A model generated the notes under the pieces. The model was not told the origin of the DNA, did no database searches, and saw only the letters and a list, made by a program, of their open reading frames with translations. A stretch of DNA of 63,166 nt, counting the filler, from Pelomyxa schiedti (lineage: Eukaryota; Protista; Evosea): assembly GCA_020536535.1 (NCBI GenBank). It is 10 parts of 10 records of this genome, joined end to end, with 100 filler letters (N's around TTAATTAATTAA, not from the genome) between each part and the next. Parts side by side here need not be neighbours in the genome. Positions count along the whole stretch, not along the records: positions 4,230 to 22,382 come from JAHLWZ010001121.1; positions 22,483 to 24,113 come from JAHLWZ010002370.1; 8 more parts are not named here. The stretch is one strand, 5' to 3'. The translations under genes were made by a program, and so were the position numbers. Shown here in pieces: positions 13,701 through 23,698 of this stretch (position 1 is the first letter of the stretch; each line of letters opens with the position of its first letter).

Positions 13701-14747
13701 CACCACCACTTCTTCAGCTTCCCCTTCCCATGCATCAGGTATAAAGAACACCTATCTTATTAAAACAACAATTTATACCTTGCATCGACACCCTTGCAAC
13801 AGATTCCCATACCTACTAACAGCTTGGTGTGTACTCTCCCAGATCAACAAGGCTTGTCTCAACGTCCCCTATCAACCTCCAGTGCCCGTCTGACGCGACC
13901 CATTTCGGTCTCTGGAGCAAAAGACACACGGTTTGCCTGTTTGACCTTTTATTGTAACTAAATATGTACGTAGATGTTATGCGCAACCAGTATTACATGT
14001 GCCATATGTACAAACTTCAACTGTATGCACTAGTACATCACTCTCTTCAAGGTTATTACTTGTTAACTGAGCTTCAAAACTTATCCCGCTACAGTTCAAG
14101 CACATCTTCCGCCTCGAGCTCCAATCCATCAGGAGAAATGGGAAATAAAGAGCGAGACTTATTCAAGTGGGCACAGGTAACGGATTAAGAATACTTAAGT
14201 TTTCTAATACTAACAAGGCATCTCGATTTGATTTGTTGGAAAAACTTATAAGATTGGAACTATTAAATTTGAATCTAGAGGCCACAACAGAACTTGGTAA
14301 CACATTCCTACATTATCTTGCCGCTTTGAGATACATTGACGAGAAAGTATTTTCTTTTGTAATCATCTCCCAAGCACTTAGTTGTCTAGGTGCTCAATGT
14401 TTTGGAACTGTATTGTGGTCACATATTCCAGCTCAGCAATAACAAGAAGGAGACACCTCTTCACATTGCTTGTCTGAGCAAGAACAAAATCATGATTCAA
14501 TTCCTTGTAAAGCAGCACTGTAATCCAGAAGCAAAAACCACGTATGCACTCCCACCAACCATCATTTTCTCCGCTCTTACCAGTACTTGGCAGACAAAGT
14601 TTAACTTGCTACGACTACGCACTCTCCGATGAGGGAATTATGCAAAACCTGGAGTATGACACCATGTCAACAACACAACATTGTAGTGTAGATCCTTCCC
14701 GGGCACAAGACCTGGGACTGGAACTTCCACCTCCATTTAATTGCTAA
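10742..14747 (+). CDS. Tyrosine-type protein kinase with two SAM domains and C-terminal ankyrin repeats
   Basis: Two SAM-like repeats (ISIGNRIKI, ISIGHRIKI). Kinase GKGSFG, HR/DLAARN, DFG, KFPVRWTAPE and SDVWSY. Ankyrin motifs GNTFLHYLA and KETPLHIAC. Single-gene linkage and ends inferred. Confidence 0.78.
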
Positions 14748-14843
14748 ATGGAGACTATATAAAAGACACAATACTGTTTCATTATCCAACAAAATCGCTA
14801 CTTATTATTTTGGGCACTGGGTAATAGTGGAGAGTAATCTCAA

Positions 14844-17711
14844 TCACAGTTGTGCAACTGAGAAGCACAGAGCCACAAGAAGGAGACACAAAGGTGAAGA
14901 GGCGATGCGGCCAGCGCCGCTGCTGTAGTCTGTAAGTGATTCCGATGATTCCACCGTGGTACTGCTGGAAGTGGACTCGCTGTACGATGAAGAGGTAGAG
15001 GTGGATGTGGATGAAGATGTGGAAAGGGAGAGGGATGAGCTCGACATGCTGCGTGAGATTGAGGAGGAGAAAGAGGGGTATATCTGGGTGCTGCGGCCGG
15101 GGTTGAGCTTGTCCATGTCAATGAACCCATCGAGCCCAAACGGGTCACTTATGTAGCTGTTCAAGCCATCTTGGTCAACTACCTGGTGTGGAGTACATAG
15201 GAACCATAAGAATTAATTACTGAGAGGAACTGTTTTTTTTTTCCTCGAACCTCAGTGTTGATAACATCTGTTGCGTTCAGTAAAACATTGTAAGAATCTC
15301 CACCATAAGCCAAAAAGTTGTTGGTGACAATTCTGGTGCCGGGTTAGAACCTCCAAGTTACAAAAGAACGTACCGATAAGAGGCAGACAGGTCCAAATCT
15401 ACACCCCGGACTTTTACGTCTTGCACTCCATAGTGGTACATATCATAATTCCACCAATCAAAAGTGATACCAGAGAATTGAAGCATCCCATGTGATAGTT
15501 GAGCTGATTGCAGCAGAACTTGATTTAGCTGTTGGTTTAGTGAGCCAAGTGTTTAGACCCTTTTGTTTGTCACCTGTTGACCAGTCAGAGTCATTACGAC
15601 CAGAGTATTTGCAAATGGAAGTACATTGTACGTGTCACCCCACGTTATGTTGCAAACTGCAGTGATGTGGGTTTTTTGGGTTGCATAACAATTTCTCCTG
15701 TAGATTTCATACTTGAATATGGACATATGATATCCGCTCGAATACCACCAGGATTGCAAAATCCCACGTCAACACTATTACCCCACAGATCCGCACTCCA
15801 AGCATAAGAATCAGCTATCAAGTCACCCTAAGAGCCAGAAGTTACTTTAGTCTTGATTGAAGATAGAAAGAAACCAAAAGGGATTCTGTATCATAAGCCC
15901 TTGTGAGGTTTACAGCAGTCTGCCCAATGATTTGTTCCGTCAAAGGTTCAACCACCTCCGCCCAGTATTCAACTCGGGCAGCAACTTCAGGATCCTCTTT
16001 ACAAGTGGTGGTATTTATGACATTCAACCAACCACTTAGTTGCGAATGGGTTCCATTGTATTGTAAATCAATCTGTCTTTGGTCAAATATGCATTTGCGG
16101 ATGGTCAAATTACCTCTCCCACCCAATGCCCTTTTTCACCGGCTTCACAAATCATGGTGCCATTCACTATGAACGGTGGGTCAATTGCAAGATGGTCATG
16201 TCCACCAAGCATCAGTGAAACTGGTTTATCGGCAGCTACAAGTTGGGCAGCAAGTGATTCAAGTCCCTACCTCTCCTCATTATATTTAATGAGTATCATG
16301 GTGGGTAACCTCATAGGTTTCATCAACTGAAACAACGTCATATGGTCCATCATGGCAAAGTAACATTAGAAAATCACATGCTTGGTTGACCTCATCATAG
16401 TAATGGCTCACTGTTTCAAAGAGATCTCGGAAATAAAGTCCTTGTAGAAGTTGAGGATGCAGGCCATGTTTATTTAATTTAGTCTTACATTCGCACCATC
16501 AGTCATGCCTCTAACAGAGATAGAAGGCGTTTCCGTTGTTGTCAGGCCTATTATCCCTACCTTAATTCCTGGGAACTCGAAAATGACGTAAGGCTTGAGC
16601 CATGATGGTTGGTCCCACTCAGTTCCATTCAGAATTATGTTGGCGGAAATCCACGGGAAAGTGGACTGTGCTATTCGGTCTGAAAAAGAATAAATCAGAG
16701 CTACACAGATACCAAGAAACGAAAAAGTACCCTGCAGGGTGGAAATGCCTTTGTCAAACTCATGGTTACCGATAGCAGCAACATCATATTCTTTGAGAGA
16801 ATGAAGAGTTAAAATGCAACCAAAGGCCAGAGAGGAAGATACCAATCATATTATAGATGTCAATTGTACTTTCTCCATAAACAAGAGAAGATATTGCAGG
16901 ACCAGAAAACATCACATCACCAGCATCCACAAGTAGAACTGGCGTACCACTGTTTTCTCGTACCTGGTCCACAAACCAGGAAATTCTGGCAGAGCCTCCT
17001 TGACCCTGGGAGTCTCTAAATCGATTGGTTAGTTCTATTGAGAGTGGAGAGGGATGGATGTTACGTCTCCAGATTCCCGTGAAAATCATTGGTGTATAGG
17101 ATAGTCAAGTGAGCAGTCTGCTGACTTGAAGATGTTGAAGAAGACAATGAATCGGAAGTTGACAAGGAATGGGAAGAGGACAAGGAATCAGAAGAGGATA
17201 AGGAGTCGGAAGAGGATATCGAAACAGAGTTTGAACTGGAGAGTGAAACAGATTCAGACTGTGAAATAGACTCTGAGCTTGACTGTGACGAAGATTGGGA
17301 GCTCGAAAGCGAAATAGATCCAGACTGAGAAGAAGAGCAAGAAATCGATTCAGACTCCGAGAGAGAAACGGACTCGGAGACGGAGTGCGAAAGTGACAGC
17401 GAATCCGAGCTGGAATGCGACATAGATTCCGATAAAGAATGTGACGAAGAGTACGACTTCGACTCTGAAAGCGAGTCAGACCCCGATGAAGACGCTGAAA
17501 CCGAGCCAGACACAGATTCCGACGAAGACACAGAGGAAGATTCAGAGGACGAATATGATCCAGAGGAGGACAATGAAAATGGCGAGGAGTCCCCCGCGGC
17601 TTCGCCTTGTGCGTGCTCGTGGTTGTAATGACACGCGCTCAGAGGTGGAATTGCAATCATAAGGCTCACTACAACACAAAGCCACAACCCTCGAGTCGTG
17701 CGCTGTGTCAT
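14844..17711 (-). CDS. Ecto-5'-nucleotidase/apyrase family protein with signal peptide, Ser-rich stalks and probable GPI anchor
   Basis: ILYTNDFHG, LVDAGD, AIGNHEFDKG, GIIGLTT, LGGHDH and VLPFANTLV motifs; hydrophobic C-terminus. Confidence 0.9.
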
Positions 17712-17842
17712 TGTTTCAAATTGATTGGGAGACTTCTCAAGGATAACGCGAAAAGAACAGGAAAAGGAAGGCGAAAGAAGGAAATCGAAAAAATCGAAAT
17801 TTCGCCAAAGTACACGCCAGAATTGAACTGACAAGGTATCTG

Positions 17843-20800
17843 TCACCAGTCGGGAGTCTGGCCCGGGTGCACAGCAAGGAAGAAGTACTCTGTTGTGACC
17901 TTGAGCCCGGCTTCCATCACTGTGAAACCCACCTTCCTGAATTCTTCGAGAAGTATGTCGCTAGCCCCACCGGCGTGGTACCAACTCCATCGGCTTTTCT
18001 CGTCAGCCACGAAGATATATCCAGTAGGCTTGCATATTCTCGCGGCCTCTTTTATGGCTTGCTGAACGAATTCCGGCCTGGCTCCGCCCCAGCCCAGTGA
18101 CATGCAGAACACAACAATATCGAAGGAATGTTCCTGGGCTCCAGTGGTTCTGAAGTCACACTGCACTATCTGGTAATCAGTGGGCTCTTCAGCATACAGT
18201 GCGTGGTCATAATTGGTAACCTTCCCCATGATTAGTTGTTGGTAGTACTTGAGTAAATTCATAAATGAACCTGTATTTGACGGTTTGTGTCCAGGTATCT
18301 TGCCAGTGCACAGGTTCCGCAGCCCATGTCTGCAACCTTACATGAAGTCGGACCAGACAGAGAACGAACGAATTTGGCCGCTCGTGCTGATGGGATTACT
18401 TCTTCGGGGGGTTGTCCTGGCCTCAACATTGTACGAAAATACTCATCTTGAAGCGCATGTAACCTCCTCCACTGGTCGAGTGTATTTCTGTCAGTTGACA
18501 AATTCTGATGGAGCTTCTCGGGATTCATTGTTGTCAAGCTCTGAAGAAGCGCATGAAGTTTCTTTTCGTTCTTGTCAATAGGTGGAAGATTAAAATGTTG
18601 GACAAGGAGCTCAATGAAGTAAAGGTAAGCCCCGGTCTTGCCAATCTGTGGTTCAGCGGAAATCACAAATCGCTGCTTCAGTTTGGATGCTAAATTTGGG
18701 ATGTTTTCCAGTTTCCACTGGTCCCTGTCAGATTGCTCCCAGATAAAATCGGGGTGGAAAAAAACAGCAAGTGATTCCGGTTGTGGCTGGTCAGATGCCT
18801 TCAATAGTAAAGGTGAGCCCTAGAAGACAAAAAGGCAGGTGACACACTTGCTCTGGTCTGTCAGTCTTCTTCAGACAACGGTCCAGTTGACCATCCGAAT
18901 CCCTGAGGGCGGCAACCGGATTTTCTGCATATTTGTATGCAGTTGGATTGAGAAGTACGCGCACACACGCTGAAGCTGGTGTATCAGCCTTGCACCACTT
19001 GAATGCACGTCCAATATCCTGCAGAAAAGCTGCAAACACGAACTTTTTTGACTTATAACGTGCCCGAAGGTCAAACAGCTTGAGGTGGCTTGGCATTGTG
19101 TCTCCCATTCGCGCCTTGTTGAGAAAAAATCAGAAGTGAAGTTAACTCAAGGTACATTGGCACAATTGGTAACCTTCTCAACCAGAACAAGCAAGAAAGG
19201 GAGTCTATTAAAATCCTGGTAACTTTTGACCACAGCATTGTTCGTCTGTTGTAATTCTGCGAGTTTTGCAGCGCAACTCGTACTAACCAACGTTTTGGAG
19301 CGGATGTCACCCTCAAACCCCGCAGAGTCAATTGCGTCATGAACACAGAAGAACCTTTCTTCTCCCATTCCAGCCAGGAGCCGCGAGATAATCTCGCCAT
19401 AATAACGCGAGAGTATACTCGGGAGCCGCACGGCCACCATGTACCCCTCTTTTATCAATCTTACAGCCTCCAGTGTATAGGGACAATCTACAATTTGAAT
19501 CCATCTTGCATCTGGAACTGCTTCACCATACTGTGGAACGAGTCTTAGTACCAATGAGAAACAAATCGTACCCTACCTCTTCGCAATGCCGCTTGATGAA
19601 CGCTGCGGCATAGGCCATTAGGCTCACGAAAGTGGACCAGTCACCAGAGTCGATAAGTTTGCTATATGTTGATGTACTACTATCATCAGCATCATTTGGA
19701 AAAAGGTCCTTGCAAAGTTCCTTGCAGGTACCTGGGGAAATCAAGTCACTTTTCAAGATGCATTGAAGATCCATCAGTTTTCGGCGGCCCATGTACTCCA
19801 TTCCAGTTTCAGGTGTTGCCGTTGTCAGCCATCCGTGCACGTGCTTCTCAAGCAACCCAGCGATATTTGAGAATGATTGCTTCAGCAGTTCAATCTGGTT
19901 CCACGCTGTGGCTGAAATCTGAAGTGTCAGCATATTGGAGCCTGGGGTAACAAGGGCCTTCCTGAGGATGGAGCTAATGCGACCCAATTTCTTGTCGCCA
20001 GAGGTCCTTGCTCCCCAATGGCACTCGTCATGTATGATGACAAAGAAATGATCGGGGAGGGACTTGCACCTTGCAGCTTTCTCAAAGAATGCCTTTGTGT
20101 CTTCTTTGCTCTGCTTATAATTGTTACCCTTGACAACAGAGATTCGCAGATTTCTCTTCCCCCCAAACTCACTGGCGATGTGTTTCTTAAAGCTCTCTAC
20201 TCTCTGTTGGGTCTGGTTGTACAGTGAGTTTCGTGGAGGTACCAAGATAAGGACGTCCAAGCTACGACATGAGTTGGGGAATTCGTTCCAGTTCTCCTTG
20301 ACCCTCTGGAAAAAGAGGTTGGCCTCTGCCTTCTGTGCTGGGAATACTTGGTACTCTGAAGGTGTGGTCAAGGGTTGTGTGCCATGGTGTGCTTTTGGTT
20401 TGATATCACGCATGTGTACTGGGGGAAGGATCTCTGCATATTTACTAAGGGATCGCAACGCCTCTCTTACACGGTTGATGACAGTGTCTATTTCACTTTG
20501 ACTGAGCGCTTTTTTCTTTGTTTCCTGCTGTTAAAATATGAATAAAAGACAGCAACCACGGAGATGGTAAAAGTTAGTTTTTTTACCTTCGAAATATTTC
20601 CTATATGTCCCGCATGTCCCTGCTGGGTGGGGAAGTCTACTCCACAATGGCGACATCGCCAAAGCGTAGGGCCTTCATGTTTCTGCTCCTTTTTGTGCTT
20701 CTTAAGGGACCGGCCGTCCTCAAGTACGACTCTACAGACAGAACATGGGAATGCGGCACTTGTCCACGGTATTGTGCTGGAGGTGAGGGTAGTTTGTGGT

Positions 20801-21537
20801 GGTGCTTGTAACGTATGAGAAGCTGCGCTTGCGTGCGAATCATTGGTGACCGTTGGTTGCGGTGGCTGCGTTGGTGGAACTGGCTTTTTGTGTTCACTGT
20901 TGACATGAGCGGTAAACTTCTTTCTTTCACTGTCTTGGAACGCAACCTTTGGCCCGCAGATGGGGCAGATCCATATTTTCGACTTATTCGGGCATTGGTG
21001 CGCGGCCCACTTGGCCTGGTCGACGCGGTGTTTGCACACGCCGCAAGCGAGAACGGAGCTTATCCTCGCGCCCCGAGCAGGAGTGCCGACCATCTGCGTG
21101 CTGTCTGGCGACAATGGCGCAGTAGCGAGATTGTCGGGCGGCGGCGCGGCGGCGGCGGCGGCGGCGGGCCCGCGCTTCGGCGCAGGCGAAGCGACCTGGG
21201 GGTCACCGCCAAGAGAGACGGCGGCGCGCTTTTGGGGAAGTGCGGGGTCGTCGTGGCTTGCAGGGTTCGTTGGGGAGGACCTCCTGCGGTGGCGATGGTG
21301 GTTTTCGTGCCGGTTGTGGTGATGGCTGTGGTCTGCTGCTAATGGAGTATCGGGATCCCTAGCAACCGTCGCACTTGTACTCGTTGTAGTGGTTGTGGTT
21401 GACGTTGCGGTTGCAGATGGGGCTGGGCTCGGGTTCCGGCTCGTTTGAATATCTGAGGGCCGAAGGGGAGGGACGGATTGGACGGGAGGGCCAGGAGGCG
21501 GAAACGATAGCGAGGGGGGTGGAATGCGTCCTGCCAT
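17843..21537 (-). CDS. C2H2 zinc fingers + circularly permuted SF2 helicase/ATPase + RRP8-like class I SAM methyltransferase (~1143 aa, 6 exons)
   Basis: GT-AG introns at 20528-20586, 19531-19576, 19115-19173, 18799-18847 and 18221-18270 give 3432 in-frame nt. Motif order: Ia ILVPPR..L..Q; DECH; SAT; EKARMGDT; QDIGRA; AEPQIGKTG; VADMGCG; DIVVFCMSL. Confidence 0.82.
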
Positions 21538-21790
21538 GAGATGTACAACCTGGTTGACCCCGACCAACAGTAACCGTACGGCTGAAGCGAAAAAAAAAAT
21601 AAAAAGTTGCTTGAACTTGGCGTTTTTTTCTGTTCCCAAGACTTGTTCCGAGCAGGTGGAGTTGCTTTCCACCAGAGTCATTCTGGGACAGCTGTGGGTA
21701 CTCGCCCACCGAACATCGAAGGTGTGGAGCCAGACCGCCATCAGTTGGATTCAGAAGGGACTTTCAGTCTCACCCATTTTTCGTACAAAA

Positions 21791-22382
21791 ATGAAGTGCT
21801 ACCCGATGGAGTCGTGGCAGCAGATGGACATAGGGCACGGGGGGGCGCTGCTGCTGGTGGGGGACATGCACCACGCCTACATGGAGGAGGGCCCCGGCAC
21901 CAGCTACTTCTCGCGGCAGGGCCAGCGAGCCGTCTTCGACTCCCTCCCCGTCATCCTCTCCCGCCCCCCTCCCGCTCCCCCGGCCTCGCCCTCGCCCTCG
22001 CCCCAGCCCGCATACCCTCCCCCTCTCCCGCCCAGCGGCGCCCCGTGCACTCCCTCCACAGCGGCGGCCTCCTGCACCTCATGCGCGGCGGTCGCGAGCA
22101 GCAGCGGCACGGGGGCGCAGGGCCGCGGGTGGTCGGCGGTGGTGGTGATGGGGGACACGCTGCACGACGGGCCGATGACGCTCGAGTTCGAGGACGGCGT
22201 CGTTGGGAGGCTGGCCGATGCCTGCGGGGGCCTGACCGTCGTGTTTATGGGAGGCAACCACGATCGCAATTTCTTCAGAGACTCGTGGCAGCTTCAAAGG
22301 TTGTGTTTTTGTTTGCTTTTCGTGCTGTTTGTCTTGTCGTTGTTGATGAGAGTGTTTTGTTCTCTTCTTCTTTACCCCCCCA
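21791..22382 (+). CDS. Calcineurin-like metallophosphoesterase, 3'-truncated by contig end
   Basis: LVGDMH, VMGDTLHD and MGGNHD motifs with a Pro-rich insert. Runs into a probable intron at ~22290. Confidence 0.75.
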
Positions 22383-22536
22383 NNNNNNNNNNNNNNNNNN
22401 NNNNNNNNNNNNNNNNNNNNNNNNNNTTAATTAATTAANNNNNNNNNNNNNNNNNNNNNNNNNNNNNNNNNNNNNNNNNNNNATGCATCCCCAAACCACA
22501 GCCAAAAAAGGGGGGAAAAAAAAAATTGTGAGATAC

Positions 22537-22607
22537 GGACACGGTGGGAGTCGAACCGACACTTCTAACCCTGTTCTCCAGGCGCTCTACCGTTGAGCTA
22601 CGCGCCG
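22537..22607 (-). pseudogene. Degenerate tRNA-like gene
   Basis: GGCGCG-TA-GCTC-AACGGTA-GAGC D arm; GGTTCGACTCC T loop; CGTGTC acceptor complement. Anticodon arm is non-canonical (CCTG-GAGAA-CAGG). Followed by a T10 run. Confidence 0.65.
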
Positions 22608-22771
22608 TTCCCACATAAGGTGCAAATATGAAAATCGGTTTTGTTCTGTTTCTGTTTCGACTCTGGGTGCGCTCTGTGTGTGGTGTGTGACTTGTTGTGG
22701 TGGGTTGCCCTAGGCTAATTACCCGACACCAGACCAGGAGATCATAGATCCTAATCATACTTCGAAGATCT

Positions 22772-22837
22772 GGTAGCATAGCGGATAAAAATAGATTTCG
22801 CATGCAACAGGTCGTGGGTTCGAACCCGGCGCTCCCC
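22772..22837 (+). pseudogene. Degenerate tRNA-like gene, Ala(CGC)-like 3' half
   Basis: TT-CGC-AT-GCAAC-AGGTC-GTGGG-TTCGAAC-CCGGC-GCTCCCC; the 5' half does not pair. Downstream T-run. Confidence 0.5.
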
Positions 22838-23626
22838 GAAAGGACCAGCCGGTAGTAGGAAATTTTTTTCCCCCCTCTTTCCAGGCCATGCACACACACA
22901 GCCTGAGGCGTTGCAGGGTGCTTTTTTTTTTTTTTTTTTTTTTTTTTTGGTTGCACACCAGCATACCAGCACACCACACAAGGAATTGAATTTTTTTTTT
23001 TTTTTTTTTCCTCATCTCATGCACTTGGCCTCTGTGATTGGCTGTATGTTGAGCACCATTGAGAAAAGGGACACCTTGGAGTCCAAATCAACTGAAACCA
23101 TTTCCAAAAGTTATGTTACGATTCTGACAATCAACCACAGCATGGGCATTGAGTATGGTATGGGCTGCAGGATTATTTACAAGGTATTGGTATTTTTTTT
23201 TCTGTTTTTCAAACATTCAGTGTGCAGCAACACACAGACGTGGGTTTTCTTGGGAAAAACAGTTTACACAAGATGAAATAAGTGGTTGAGGCACGCAGCA
23301 ACTGAGGGTTGAGTGCCAGAAGTGATTTTTACTGGTTAATTGTGTCTTGACACAATTGATTTTTTTTTTTTTTTTTTTTCCCCCTCCACCAACACCATCA
23401 TCCTGTCCTTCCAGAACAAGAGCAGAGAGTGAGGTGTCAGGTGCTATTGGTTGTAAGCAGTGGGTTAAACGTCAGTGGCCATAGGCCATATCAAAGGCAC
23501 ACCCAATTTTGTAGTTTGTGTGCCTCACCTCACCACATGGGGGTAGGTACCTTTGGTACCTTTTGTGTGGGGTTCGAAAACCAACCCCCAATAGTAGTAG
23601 CCACATATGGGCAGAACGTGATAACA

Positions 23627-23698
23627 ACCCGGCTAGCTCAGTGGTAGAGCCATTTGGTTCGAATCTGATAGACCGAGGTTCCATTCCCACCGCAGGCG
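23627..23698 (+). pseudogene. Degenerate tRNA-like gene (Lys-like scaffold; TCG at the anticodon position)
   Basis: CCCGGC-TA-GCTC-AGTGGTA-GAGC intact D arm; GGTTCCATTCC T loop; mismatched anticodon and acceptor stems. Downstream T-run. Confidence 0.6.

Noticed and set aside
17843-20458. Adjacent overlapping ORFs resembling a prokaryotic restriction-modification operon or programmed frameshifts
   Set aside because: Each break is explained by a 46-59-nt GT-AG intron that restores the frame, so it is one eukaryotic gene.
22537-23698. Functional tRNAs with reassigned anticodons, or a genetic-code change
   Set aside because: Stems are mismatched, and conserved genes (RPT3, RPE, HSP60) translate normally with standard stops.
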